The notes: generated by a model from the sequence alone, not told the origin. DNA of 64,000 bases from Candidatus Moraniibacteriota bacterium (GCA_035390125.1 DAOOTD010000002.1:233908-297907), one strand, 5' to 3'. Counted from the stretch's first letter, positions 1 through 9,828 are shown. Made by a program: numbers and translations.

Positions 1-998
1 AAGATTCTAAGGGGGTTATTGCTATAGGTAGGGCTGATGGCGAAGTAGTAGAAGATGACATCAATAGAGTTATTTCTGAAGCCCAAAATATTTCATTGCC
101 AATAAACAAGGAAATAGTTCATATAATTCCCCGAAAATATAGGCTTGATGATCAGGATAATATAAAAAATCCATTAGGCATGAAAGGAGTTCGTTTAGAG
201 GTTGATGCTCTAGTTATTGAAAATAGCACTACTAATATAAAGAATATAAGTAAATGTTTATATCAGACAAATATTGAAATAGAGGATGTTATTTTAGAAC
301 CTTTATCTGCAGCAAAATCTGTACTTAGCAAGAAACAAAAGGAACTTGGCGTAGTGCTTATCAATATGGGAGGAGGTACAACATCTATGGCTGTATATGA
401 AGAAGGAGATCTTATCCATACTGCAATTTTACCTATAGGAGCAGGACATATAACTAACGATATAGCAATTGGACTAAGAATTCCAATAGATATGGCAGAG
501 AAAATAAAGCTTGAATATGGCAGCGCTGTTACTCGAGATATTAGCAAAAAAGAAGGAATAGATCTTGCACAAATAGGCTCCAATGAAGAAGGTATAATAT
601 CGCGTTATCATGTTGCAGAAATTATCGAAGCTAGACTTGAAGAAATATTTTTGTTAATAAAAAAAGAATTAATTTTAATAGGCAGATCAGAACTTCTTCC
701 ATCAGGTGCAGTTTTGGTCGGCGGAGGTGCTAAGATGGTACATGTCATAGATTTAGCAAAAGAAAAATTAGGACTTCCAGTCCAGGTAGGATTTCCATCA
801 GGATTTGGAGGAATATTGGACAAAGTAGATGACCCTTCTTTTTCTACGGTGTTAGGTCTTGTTTTGTGGAATCAAGAGCAGAGAGAATATAAAGAAGGTG
901 GATTATCTAATAAATTAAAAAAGCTCGATCCTTTTTCCAGTAAAGGTGGAGAAACTTTTGAAAGAATAAAAAATTTATTTGAAAAATTTCTGCCCTAG
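1..998 (+). CDS. ftsA: Cell division protein FtsA (5' truncated by window edge)
   Basis: The reading frame is open from position 3 through the listed 96..998 ORF. The product has an actin/HSP70-fold FtsA-like sequence and lies immediately upstream of ftsZ. Confidence 0.8.
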   Translation, partial: DSKGVIAIGRADGEVVEDDINRVISEAQNISLPINKEIVHIIPRKYRLDDQDNIKNPLGMKGVRLEVDALVIENSTTNIKNISKCLYQTNIEIEDVILEPLSAAKSVLSKKQKELGVVLINMGGGTTSMAVYEEGDLIHTAILPIGAGHITNDIAIGLRIPIDMAEKIKLEYGSAVTRDISKKEGIDLAQIGSNEEGIISRYHVAEIIEARLEEIFLLIKKELILIGRSELLPSGAVLVGGGAKMVHVIDLAKEKLGLPVQVGFPSGFGGILDKVDDPSFSTVLGLVLWNQEQREYKEGGLSNKLKKLDPFSSKGGETFERIKNLFEKFLP

Positions 999-1024
999 AG
1001 GCAAGAAGTATTTAAAATTGACTC

Positions 1025-1053
1025 TTGACATAAAATAGGTAATTGTGATAAAT
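1025..1053 (+). promoter_or_regulatory. Putative sigma70 promoter (TTGACA-N17-ATAAAT) for ftsZ
   Basis: TTGACA at 1025-1030 with an A/T-rich -10 about 17 nt downstream. There is a long AT-rich leader before ftsZ. Confidence 0.3.
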
Positions 1054-1224
1054 TAAATTACTAAAACAAATATAAAAATATTCCCATTCGTTAGTGTTTT
1101 GTGGGTTTTTTGTTAAATTAGCTATTTTAATGGGTAAATAAAAATAAAAGGTTGCATTTTCGGTTAAAAATAACTTTAAATTTATTTTGATTATTGGCTA
1201 TAAGCCACTGATCACTAAAAAAAT

Positions 1225-2436
1225 ATGGCGGAAATAAAACCAGATATTGAAACATTTGCTAGGATAAAAGTTGTAGGAGTTGGAGGATCAGGAAATAACG
1301 CTATCAGTAGAATGATTGATTCTAAGATAAAGGGCGTTGAATTTGTTGCAATTAATACTGATGCGCAGGCTTTACATCATTCAAAAGCTTCAGAGAAAGT
1401 TCATATTGGGAAAAATCTAACCAAAGGTTTGGGTGCAGGAATGAATCCTGAGATTGGGCGTCAAGCAGCAGAAGAAAATAGAGATGAAATACAAGATGTT
1501 CTTAAAGGAGCTGACATGGTTTTTGTGACTTGTGGCTTAGGTGGAGGAACAGGTACTGGTGCAGCGCCTGTTGTTGCAGAAACAGCTAAAGAGCTCGGCG
1601 CACTTACTGTAGCAGTTGTAACAAAACCTTTTGCTTTTGAGGGAGCACAGAGGAGAGTTATTGGAGAAGAAGGACTGCAAAATTTAAAAGATAGGGTAGA
1701 TACTCTTATAACAATTCCAAATGATAAACTACTTTCTATTATTGATCGTAAAACTACCCTGATTAATGCTTTTAGAATAGTGGATGATGTATTAAGACAA
1801 GGTGTACAGGGTATTTCAGATCTTATAACTAAGCCAGGAATTGTTAATGTAGATTTCGCTGACGTTCGCGCAATTATGCAAGATTCAGGAAGTGCCTTGA
1901 TGGGAATTGGAACGGCCAGTGGAGAAAACAGAGCGGCTGAAGCAGCTAGGATGGCAATTAATAGTCCTCTTTTAGAATTGTCTATTGATGGAGCAAAAGG
2001 AGTTTTATTTAATATTTCTGGTTCAAGCGATTTAGGAATGCTTGAAATAAATGAGGCTGCAAATATAATAACAGAAAGCATAGATCCTAATGCAAAAGTT
2101 ATCTTTGGAGCAGTTATTGATGATCAAGTTAAAAAAGGAGAAATCAATGTGACTGTTGTCGCCACAGGTTTTGATGCCGAACAGGCTAGCAGTAAATCTT
2201 TGTTTCAGAAGACATTACCAAATCGAACAAACATAGAAACGAATAATAAAAAAGAAGAAACAGGTGAATTTAAAGAAACCGTAACTTTTCCCTCAAAAAA
2301 TATATTTGAATCAAAAATGATAATTGAAGAGAAAATACAGCCACGTTCAAGCAATTCTCCCGCTGAATCTAAAGAAAATAATAATGAGGATGAATTGGAA
2401 ATCCCGGCTTTTATAAGAAGAAAAATGGAAAAGTAA
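1225..2436 (+). CDS. ftsZ: Cell division GTPase FtsZ
   Basis: Tubulin signature GGGTGTG, N-terminal VGVGGSGNN motif, and a C-terminal EIPAFIRRK peptide. Confidence 0.95.
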   Translation: MAEIKPDIETFARIKVVGVGGSGNNAISRMIDSKIKGVEFVAINTDAQALHHSKASEKVHIGKNLTKGLGAGMNPEIGRQAAEENRDEIQDVLKGADMVFVTCGLGGGTGTGAAPVVAETAKELGALTVAVVTKPFAFEGAQRRVIGEEGLQNLKDRVDTLITIPNDKLLSIIDRKTTLINAFRIVDDVLRQGVQGISDLITKPGIVNVDFADVRAIMQDSGSALMGIGTASGENRAAEAARMAINSPLLELSIDGAKGVLFNISGSSDLGMLEINEAANIITESIDPNAKVIFGAVIDDQVKKGEINVTVVATGFDAEQASSKSLFQKTLPNRTNIETNNKKEETGEFKETVTFPSKNIFESKMIIEEKIQPRSSNSPAESKENNNEDELEIPAFIRRKMEK

Positions 2437-2456
2437 CTATATACAATAAATATATA

Positions 2457-2487
2457 AACAGGAGCAATAAACTCCTGTTTTTTATTT
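2457..2487 (+). terminator. Rho-independent terminator after ftsZ
   Basis: AACAGGAG-caataaa-CTCCTGTT hairpin followed by TTTTTTATTT. Confidence 0.6.
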
Positions 2488-2573
2488 ATGTTAAATTCAT
2501 GCCGTTGTGATTTTTACAATAAAAATAAAAAGTAATATGTTTAGACATTATTAATTTACATAAAGGTTGGGTC

Positions 2574-2602
2574 TTGCATGGATTTTTGACTTGTGGTATA
2601 AT
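2574..2602 (+). promoter_or_regulatory. Promoter TTGCAT-N17-TGgTATAAT upstream of nrdR
   Basis: -35 TTGCAT at 2574-2579 and an extended -10 TGGTATAAT at 2594-2602. Confidence 0.45.
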
Positions 2603-2613
2603 GAATTAATAGT

Positions 2614-2629
2614 ACACAATATATAGTGT
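2614..2629. promoter_or_regulatory. NrdR-box-like 16-bp palindrome ACACAATATATAGTGT
   Basis: Near-perfect match to the NrdR operator consensus (acaCwAtATaTwGtgt). It sits between the -10 element and the nrdR start. Confidence 0.5.
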
Positions 2630-2666
2630 AAAAACTATTAAATCATTAAAATAACTAAATAAACAT

Positions 2667-3116
2667 ATGATTTGTCCATTTTGCGGACATAGCGAGACTA
2701 AAGTCGTTGATTCCCGCGACACTAATGACGGAAAAGCCATTCGTCGGCGCAGAGAATGCGAAAAATGTGAAACTCGTTTCAGTACCTATGAAGAAATGGA
2801 GATTATGAAATTGACTGTCATTAAGCGCGACGGAAGTAAACAAGAATATGATCGTAGTAAGATTGAAATCGGTATTCGTAAATCTATCGAAAAAAGACCA
2901 GTCAGTGAAGATAAAATCGAGAAATTGGTTGGTGACATAGAATACGAGATTCAAGCTAAAGAATCAAGTGAAATCACTAGTAAAGAAATAGGTAAGATAG
3001 TTCTAGAAAAACTTAAGGAAATAGATGATGTGGCTTATATGCGTTTCGCCAGTGTATATAAAGATTTCAAAAGTGCAGATAGCTTCCGAAAAGAAGCGGA
3101 AAAGCTGGAGACTTAA
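2667..3116 (+). CDS. nrdR: Transcriptional repressor NrdR
   Basis: N-terminal zinc ribbon MICPFCGHSETKVVDSRD...CEKCETRF followed by an ATP-cone. Confidence 0.9.
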   Translation: MICPFCGHSETKVVDSRDTNDGKAIRRRRECEKCETRFSTYEEMEIMKLTVIKRDGSKQEYDRSKIEIGIRKSIEKRPVSEDKIEKLVGDIEYEIQAKESSEITSKEIGKIVLEKLKEIDDVAYMRFASVYKDFKSADSFRKEAEKLET

Positions 3117-3189
3117 ATTTTTATCTTTATAATATAAAAAACAAAAAAATTATTTGTAACCTACATAATTCTTAGGGGAGAAAAATGAT

Positions 3190-5379
3190 ATGAAAAAACA
3201 AAAAAAAGTAAAAAAAACAAAAGAAGCTGAAATAAAGGTGAAAAAAACAAGAGTGAAGAATCAGATCAAGAAAATTGTAAAGCGCAGTGGAACCGTAGTT
3301 TCTTTTGATAAGAAAAAAATCATAATTGCTATAAGTAAAGCTTTTGTCGCAACTGGAGAAGGAAGCGCTAAAGATGCAAAAAAAGTAACAGAAAAAGTTT
3401 TACGGCTTTTAAATAAGAATTACAAAAAAGGTTACATTCCCAGCGTGGAACAAGTGCAGGATGTTATAGAAAGGGTTTTAATGGTTCTTGATTTTGAGGA
3501 AACTGCAAAAGCTTATATCCTTTACCGCGAACAGCACAGAAAAATCCGTGAAACAGAAGAATCTCTAGATGAAGCCGTAAGTTTGGTAGATAAATATATT
3601 CAAGAAATAGACTGGAAAGTCAAAGAAAATGCTAACATGGCTTACTCTCTCCAAGGTCTTAATAATTACATAGCATCCATAGTTAGCAGTAAGTATTGGA
3701 TGAATCGTGTATATACAAAAGAAATAAGAGAAGCACATGAAGGGGGAGATTTCCATATTCATGATCTGCAACTAATCGCGGCTTATTGCTGTGGCTGGGA
3801 CCTTCAAGATCTAATCCGTCGTGGTTTTACGGGTGTTCCAGGTAAAGTAGCCTGTAAACCAGCTAAACATTTTGGTAGTCTCTTGGGACAGATGGTTAAT
3901 TTTATTTATACTCTTCAAGGAGAGGTTGCTGGAGCTCAGGCATTTTCTAATTTTGACACTTTGCTAGCTCCTTTTGTACGTTATGATAAATTGACTTATA
4001 CAGAAGTCAAGCAACAAATACAGTCTTTTGTGTTCAATATGAATGTTTCTACACGCGTTGGTTTTCAAACTCCTTTTTCAAATATAACTATGGATATTAC
4101 GCCTCCAAAAACATTAGCTAAAGAAGCTGTAATTATAGGAGGAGTAGCACAAAAAGAAACTTATGCTGATTTTCAGGAAGAGATGAATATGATTAATCGT
4201 GCTTTTGCGGAAGTTATGACAGAAGGCGATGCCAGTGGCAGAATTTTTACTTTTCCCATCCCGACATATAACATAGGCAAAAATTTTGATTGGAATGATA
4301 ATAGATTTGATGCTATTTGGGAAATGACAGCCAAATATGGAATCCCGTATTTTGCGAATTTCGTAAATTCAGACATGGATCCTGATGATGCGCGTTCAAT
4401 GTGCTGTCGATTAAGATTAGATAACAGAGAGCTTCATAAGCGCGGAGGTGGATTATTCGGTGCTAATCCTCTGACAGGTTCAGTAGGTGTGGTTACTATT
4501 AATATGCCGCGCTTAGGATATCTTTCTAAAAACAAAAAAGAATTTTTCAAAAGACTTGATGATCTTATGGATTTAGCAAAAAACAGTCTGGAAACTAAAA
4601 GAAAGTTAGTCGAGGGCCTGACAGAAAGAGGTTTATATCCATATACCAAGTTTTATCTTGATGCAATAAAAATGCGTCGTGGCCAATATTGGGCTAATCA
4701 CTTTTCTACTATTGGTTTGGTAGGCATGAACGAAGCCCTAATGAATTTGATTGGGAAAGATGTAACAACTAAAGATGGCCAGAAATTAGCTGAAGAAATA
4801 CTTGTGCATATGCGCGAAAGGATTGTTAGCTACCAGGAAGAAACAGGTAATTTATATAATTTAGAAGCAACTCCAGCTGAAGGAACAGCATATCGTTTAG
4901 CACGTATAGACAGAGAAAAATATCCGAAAGTTATTTTCGCTAATAATGATGCTGTTAAAAACAATGGGTTGGAACCTTATTATACAAATTCATCACAGCT
5001 GCCTGTTCAATTTACAAAAGATATTTTCGAAGCTCTTGATCTGCAGGAAAATTTGCAGACAAAATATACAGGAGGAACAGTTTTGCATGGGTTTTTAGGA
5101 GAACGTATTTGGGACATAGGAATGGTAAAAAAACTTGTAAGGAAAATTGCAGAAAACTATGCACTTCCTTACTTTACTTTATCGCCTACTTTCAGCATCT
5201 GTCCGGTACACGGTTACCTTCCAGGAGAACAGCCAATTTGTCCTAAATGCGTGGTTGAACAGAAAACAGAAATTTACTCTAGGGTAGTGGGTTATATCCG
5301 CCCAGTGCAGCAGTGGAATAAGGGTAAACAAGCCGAATTTAAGGATAGGAAAGAATTTATAGTTACAGAAATAAGCTAA
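3190..5379 (+). CDS. nrdD: Anaerobic ribonucleoside-triphosphate reductase (class III RNR)
   Basis: 729 aa. C-terminal Zn ribbon (CPVH...CPKC) followed by the glycyl-radical motif RVVGY. Confidence 0.9.
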   Translation: MKKQKKVKKTKEAEIKVKKTRVKNQIKKIVKRSGTVVSFDKKKIIIAISKAFVATGEGSAKDAKKVTEKVLRLLNKNYKKGYIPSVEQVQDVIERVLMVLDFEETAKAYILYREQHRKIRETEESLDEAVSLVDKYIQEIDWKVKENANMAYSLQGLNNYIASIVSSKYWMNRVYTKEIREAHEGGDFHIHDLQLIAAYCCGWDLQDLIRRGFTGVPGKVACKPAKHFGSLLGQMVNFIYTLQGEVAGAQAFSNFDTLLAPFVRYDKLTYTEVKQQIQSFVFNMNVSTRVGFQTPFSNITMDITPPKTLAKEAVIIGGVAQKETYADFQEEMNMINRAFAEVMTEGDASGRIFTFPIPTYNIGKNFDWNDNRFDAIWEMTAKYGIPYFANFVNSDMDPDDARSMCCRLRLDNRELHKRGGGLFGANPLTGSVGVVTINMPRLGYLSKNKKEFFKRLDDLMDLAKNSLETKRKLVEGLTERGLYPYTKFYLDAIKMRRGQYWANHFSTIGLVGMNEALMNLIGKDVTTKDGQKLAEEILVHMRERIVSYQEETGNLYNLEATPAEGTAYRLARIDREKYPKVIFANNDAVKNNGLEPYYTNSSQLPVQFTKDIFEALDLQENLQTKYTGGTVLHGFLGERIWDIGMVKKLVRKIAENYALPYFTLSPTFSICPVHGYLPGEQPICPKCVVEQKTEIYSRVVGYIRPVQQWNKGKQAEFKDRKEFIVTEIS

Positions 5380-5413
5380 GGGGATATTAATAAAAAATAA
5401 TAATAAAAAAAAT

Positions 5414-5674
5414 ATGAAAAAATATATATGCCATGACTGCGGTCGCATAATAGAAAACAATGAAGAGTATATGCCTTATAAAATTAATAATGAAGTATAC
5501 AATAAATGCAAGAATTGCCACCAAAAAGATCCAGCTTTGCACAATTTTAGGAAAACAGAAATTTACTCTAGGGTAGTGGGTTATATCCGCCCAGTGCAGC
5601 AGTGGAATAAGGGTAAACAAGCCGAATTTAAAGACAGGAAAGAATATGCTGTTGACAATGTGGCCTGTTGTTAG
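5414..5674 (+). CDS. Small stand-alone zinc-ribbon + glycyl-radical domain protein (NrdD C-terminus paralog)
   Basis: 86 aa. CHDCG...CKNCH Zn ribbon followed by TEIYSRVVGYIRPVQQWNKGKQAEFKDRKE. This tail is identical to the NrdD C-terminus and is encoded by a 95-nt near-identical repeat. Confidence 0.6.
   Translation: MKKYICHDCGRIIENNEEYMPYKINNEVYNKCKNCHQKDPALHNFRKTEIYSRVVGYIRPVQQWNKGKQAEFKDRKEYAVDNVACC
5551..5645 (+). repeat. 95-bp direct repeat (second copy); first copy at 5262..5356, 2 mismatches
   Basis: Read directly: gaaaacagaaatttactctagggtagtgggttatatccgcccagtgcagcagtggaataagggtaaacaagccgaatttaa is identical in both copies. Confidence 0.9.
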
Positions 5675-5746
5675 AAATAAAAAGAAAAAAGATAGCGGGG
5701 CAATATCTTAGGGGGTATTGCCCTGAATTGACTTTAAATTTTATTT

Positions 5747-6451
5747 ATGAAAATCGGAGGCTATCAAAAATTAACGCTTATTGATTATCCGGGGATTATT
5801 GCAACCACCCTCTTTACTGTAGGCTGTAGCTTTCGCTGTCCTTTCTGTCATAATCCTGAATTAGTGCTTAGATCAAATTTTGTTTCAGGTACAGAGAAAA
5901 AAGAAAAGGAATTTTTTGAATTTTTGAAAAAAAGAAAAGGAAAAATTGAAGGAGTATGCATTACCGGAGGAGAACCAACAATCCAGCCGGATATTATTGA
6001 TTTCATAAAAAAAATAAAAGAATTTGGATTCTTAGTTAAATTTGATACTAATGGGACTCGGCCGGATATCCTAAAAAAACTTTTAGACTTGAAGCTTTTG
6101 GATTTTGTGGCTATGGATATTAAAAATCAGCTTAAAAAATATGATAAAACAGTAGGAATGAAGGTTGATAAAAAAAGAATAAAACTAAGCGTTAATCTGA
6201 TATTGAATAGCAGGGTTCCATATGAATTTCGAACTACAGCTGTGCCGGGAATTCACAACGAAGAAGATTTTCTGGAAATTGCCAAATGGATCAAGGGGGC
6301 AGAGGCTTATTATTTGCAGGAATACAGGGAAAAAATTATTTTAGATCCGAAATTGAAAAATAAAACTAAAGGTAAAACGCTGGATTTGAAAAAAATAAAA
6401 AAATCAATTGAGAAGAATTTCAAGAAAATAGGGATAAGAGAGAATAATTAA
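5747..6451 (+). CDS. nrdG: Anaerobic RNR activating enzyme (radical SAM)
   Basis: CxxxCxxC radical-SAM motif CSFRCPFCHN. Located immediately downstream of nrdD. Confidence 0.8.
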   Translation: MKIGGYQKLTLIDYPGIIATTLFTVGCSFRCPFCHNPELVLRSNFVSGTEKKEKEFFEFLKKRKGKIEGVCITGGEPTIQPDIIDFIKKIKEFGFLVKFDTNGTRPDILKKLLDLKLLDFVAMDIKNQLKKYDKTVGMKVDKKRIKLSVNLILNSRVPYEFRTTAVPGIHNEEDFLEIAKWIKGAEAYYLQEYREKIILDPKLKNKTKGKTLDLKKIKKSIEKNFKKIGIRENN

Positions 6452-6499
6452 ATGCATAAAGCATAAAATATTTTATGCTTTAAGATTAGCTATATATCA

Positions 6500-6724
6500 A
6501 TGCGTATATACATAAAAGCTTCCCCACGATCCTCCAAGAATGAGGTTGTACAAATTTCCGAAGGGGAATATAAAGTAAAATTGAAAGCTGCGCCGATTAA
6601 TGGACGGGCTAACCTAATGCTAATAGAAGTTTTGGCTAAATATTTTAAAATTCCGAAAAAAATAATTAAAATTGTCGGAGGGAAAAGTGCAAAAATAAAA
6701 ATAATTGATATAATTGACGCATGA
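6500..6724 (+). CDS. DUF167 / YggU-family small protein
   Basis: KASPRSSKNEV...KAAPINGRAN...IVGGKSAKIKII pattern typical of the YggU family. Confidence 0.55.
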   Translation: MRIYIKASPRSSKNEVVQISEGEYKVKLKAAPINGRANLMLIEVLAKYFKIPKKIIKIVGGKSAKIKIIDIIDA

Positions 6725-8184
6725 CCAAATCACGCGTCTTTTTTATTGTCCTAATTTCTTTCTTAGTAGGAATTTTTATCCGCTCTTTTTTTGAATTAAA
6801 TCAAAGTGTATATTTCTTACTGCTGATTTTCTCTATAATATTCTTGGGGGTCTTTTATAAAAATAAAATAATAATCGTAGTTCCCTTTGTTTTATTATTT
6901 TTTACGTTTGGAGCCTGGTACACGGATAATAAGCTTAAAAAAATAAATTATTTGCTGCTTGACAATGTTGAATTTTATGGGAAAGGAATTGTTGAAAAAG
7001 TTTCTCCGAATACTTTTGGTCATAATTTAATAGTAAAAGTAGAAGATTCGCTTTCTGATAAAGCAGGAATTTCTTTACTAATCCAGATTCCAAAATATCC
7101 CGAATATTTCTATGGCGATGAAATGGAAATTTATTGCATTGTCAATAAAATAGAAAATAGAAATAAAGAATTTGACTACAGAATGTACATGGCCAAAGAA
7201 GACGTTTTTTATTCTTGTGAAAAAACAAAAATAAAAAAAATAGGTGAAAATAAAGGAAATATTCTTTTGGGCAATATTCTAAAAATAAAAATCCTTTTTG
7301 AAAATAATATCCGTGCTGTTATCCCGCAGCCTGAAGGATCTTTAGCAAGCGGACTTTTATTCGGTGGTAGCAGTGAATTGTCTAAGGAAATACAAAATGA
7401 TTTTTCTCGAACCGGTATGACGCATATCGTGGCTGTTTCTGGATATAACGTTACAATTATCGCAGAGTACTTAATCTTTCTTGGTCTTTGGCTGGGAATG
7501 TGGAGAAAAAACGCTGTTTGGCTTGCAATTATTGGAATAATTGTTTTCGTAATTATGATCGGTTTTCCTTCTTCAGCAGTCAGGGCTGGAGTTATGGGAG
7601 GCATATTGCTTTGGGCTATGAAAAACGGACGATTAGCTAACTCCCAAAACGCCATTGTTTTTGCGGCAACAGTAATGCTGTTGATTAATCCATTGCTTCT
7701 GAGATGGGATATTGGCTTTCAGCTTTCTTTTTTAGCAACTTTAGGAATTGTAGAAACATCCACTTTTTGGGAAAAAAGTTTCATCAAAAAACATAAAGCC
7801 TTGGGAATTTCGGAAATAATCGCAATGTCGCTCAGTGCTCAGATTTTTGTTTTGCCAATTATCGCGTATAATTTTCATATAACGTCCCTAATTTCGCTTT
7901 TAGCAAATGTTTTGATTTTGCCCATAATTCCACTTTCCATGTTGCTGGTTTTTCTTGCATCTATCTGCGGATTTATTTTCTATGGAGTATCCTTGGTTTT
8001 CGCTTGGCTGGCTTTCGTTCCTCTGTTGTATGAAATAAAAATTGTGCAGATATTAGCCGGACTGCCATGGGCAAGCATAAAAATAGAAAAAATTAATATT
8101 TGGTGGTTTATAATATATTATTGTTCCTTATTAGGAGGGATATATTATTTAAAAAAACGCACATGCAAAATAACAGAAAAATAA
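6721..8184 (+). CDS. comEC: ComEC/Rec2 membrane channel portion (DUF4131 + competence domain)
   Basis: Multi-TM protein with the ComEC competence-domain motif GMTHIVAVSGYNV. It ends inside an A7 tract and overlaps the next ORF. Confidence 0.75.
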   Translation: MTKSRVFFIVLISFLVGIFIRSFFELNQSVYFLLLIFSIIFLGVFYKNKIIIVVPFVLLFFTFGAWYTDNKLKKINYLLLDNVEFYGKGIVEKVSPNTFGHNLIVKVEDSLSDKAGISLLIQIPKYPEYFYGDEMEIYCIVNKIENRNKEFDYRMYMAKEDVFYSCEKTKIKKIGENKGNILLGNILKIKILFENNIRAVIPQPEGSLASGLLFGGSSELSKEIQNDFSRTGMTHIVAVSGYNVTIIAEYLIFLGLWLGMWRKNAVWLAIIGIIVFVIMIGFPSSAVRAGVMGGILLWAMKNGRLANSQNAIVFAATVMLLINPLLLRWDIGFQLSFLATLGIVETSTFWEKSFIKKHKALGISEIIAMSLSAQIFVLPIIAYNFHITSLISLLANVLILPIIPLSMLLVFLASICGFIFYGVSLVFAWLAFVPLLYEIKIVQILAGLPWASIKIEKINIWWFIIYYCSLLGGIYYLKKRTCKITEK

Positions 8185-9032
8185 TTTATGGAATTATAAT
8201 TGGGTTGCTTGTATTATTTTTAATTTTAACTGGAATTATTTTTTCAGTGCAAAAAAATAATTTGCAGGTAGTTTTTCTAAATATTGGCCAAGGTGATGCC
8301 ATTCTGATTTCACAAGGAAAAAATCAAATTCTTATTGACGGTGGTAAAGATGGAAAATTGCTTTTGGAAAAGCTTGGAAAATATATTCCATTTTGGGATC
8401 GGAATGTCGAAATGATAGTTGCAACTCATCCAGACCAGGACCATATAGGAGGGCTTATTGAAATTTTGAATTCATATCATGTAGATTTGATTTTTAAGAC
8501 AAATGCAGAAAGCGAATCAGAGACATATAAAAAACTTGAAGAAGAAATTGCAAAAGAAAAATCGCAAAAAATTGAGGCCAAAAAAGGTATAAGCATAAAA
8601 TTGTCTGACAGTGTTACTGCCGACGTACTTTTTCCAATTGATTCGCTTACTGATACGATTGATGGAGCCAGCAATGACAACAGCGTTGTAGTTAAATTAA
8701 CTTACGGCATAAACAAATTTCTTTTTACTGGCGATCTTCCAAATACTCAGGAAACAAAAATTATAAATTCAGGTCAAGATTTAAATGCTCAAGTTTTAAA
8801 AGTTTCACATCATGGTTCAAAATATGCAACTGAAAATAATTTTTTGGGTGTTGTAAATCCAGCTGACGCTATTATTTCTGTTGGTAAAAATAATCAATAT
8901 GGTCATCCGAATCAGGAAGTTTTAAACCGTTTATTGCAGCATAAAATAAAAATTTTCCGGACTGATGAAATAGGGGATATTGTATATAAATGCGCAAATG
9001 CGGAAGCGCAATGCATGCAAGTTGCCAACTGA
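8163..9032 (+). CDS. comEC: ComEC C-terminal metallo-beta-lactamase domain (separate ORF, alternate frame)
   Basis: An N-terminal TM helix followed by the MBL motifs ATHPDQDHIGG and SHHGS. It is in frame with upstream sequence from 8100. Confidence 0.75.
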   Translation: MQNNRKIIYGIIIGLLVLFLILTGIIFSVQKNNLQVVFLNIGQGDAILISQGKNQILIDGGKDGKLLLEKLGKYIPFWDRNVEMIVATHPDQDHIGGLIEILNSYHVDLIFKTNAESESETYKKLEEEIAKEKSQKIEAKKGISIKLSDSVTADVLFPIDSLTDTIDGASNDNSVVVKLTYGINKFLFTGDLPNTQETKIINSGQDLNAQVLKVSHHGSKYATENNFLGVVNPADAIISVGKNNQYGHPNQEVLNRLLQHKIKIFRTDEIGDIVYKCANAEAQCMQVAN

Positions 9033-9080
9033 TTTTTTTTGTGATAAATTAAATTCTAATAAAGATTAATTTTTTTAAAT

Positions 9081-9686
9081 ATGAAAAATCCAGCCATAAA
9101 AGAAAGGACATTTGTCATCATAAAACCTGATGGCATACAAAGATCATTAATAGGAGAAATTATAAGAAGAATCGAAAGAACGGGTTTAAAGTTCACAGCT
9201 ATGAAGCTTGTTGTATTAGATGAAGATAAATTATGGAAACATTACAATAAGAATGATGAATGGTTTGAAAAAAAGGGAGGAAATATAGCTAAAGAAATTG
9301 AAGCCAAAAGGCTACCAGTGGAAAAACCAGCCATTGAATATGGCAAGGACATTCTGCGTCATTTAGTAGCTTTTATGACTTCAGGTCCTGTCATAGTAAT
9401 GATTGTTGAAGGCAATCAAGCGGTTGGAATTGTCAGAAAGATTGTTGGTGGAACAGAACCATTGTCTTCAGATATTGGAACTATTCGTGGAGATTTAACA
9501 ATAGATTCTTATGCCTTGTCTGGAATTGACGGAAGGGCTGTAAGAAACTTAGTTCATTGTTCAGAAAGTCCAGAAGAAGCAGAAAGAGAAATCGCTCTTT
9601 GGTTTAATGAAAATGAAATATTAAAATACAGATTAGTACAGGATCAAATTTTATATGATGTAAATCTGGACGGTATAATTGAATAA
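9081..9686 (+). CDS. ndk: Nucleoside diphosphate kinase (long variant with insertions)
   Basis: FVIIKPDG N-terminus, active-site NLVHCSES, 201 aa. Confidence 0.8.
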   Translation: MKNPAIKERTFVIIKPDGIQRSLIGEIIRRIERTGLKFTAMKLVVLDEDKLWKHYNKNDEWFEKKGGNIAKEIEAKRLPVEKPAIEYGKDILRHLVAFMTSGPVIVMIVEGNQAVGIVRKIVGGTEPLSSDIGTIRGDLTIDSYALSGIDGRAVRNLVHCSESPEEAEREIALWFNENEILKYRLVQDQILYDVNLDGIIE

Positions 9687-9702
9687 CTTTGCTTTTAATA
9701 TA

Positions 9703-9733
9703 AAAAAGCTCCAATTTATAGGAGCTTTTTTTA
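9703..9733 (+). terminator. Rho-independent terminator after ndk
   Basis: AAAAAGCTCC-aatttata-GGAGCTTTTTTTATT. Confidence 0.6.
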
Positions 9734-9828
9734 TTGCTCCAATTCTGATATGCTTTAGGCATAAGCCAGCTTTGCTTTTATTCTCGTGGGCATTGACACG
9801 CCGAATCCTAGCTAAAGCTTGGATAAGG

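Noticed and set aside
1461-2081. Antisense ORFs inside well-supported genes. Examples: 1461..2081, 7209..7655, 18048..18563, 26533..27039, 46200..46577, 53667..53996.
   Set aside because: They lie entirely within and opposite to confidently identified conserved genes. They have low-complexity or Ser/Ile-rich composition and no motifs.
5387-5620. 77-aa - strand ORF antisense to the glycyl-radical mini-protein.
   Set aside because: Hydrophobic low-complexity translation of AT-rich antisense sequence.
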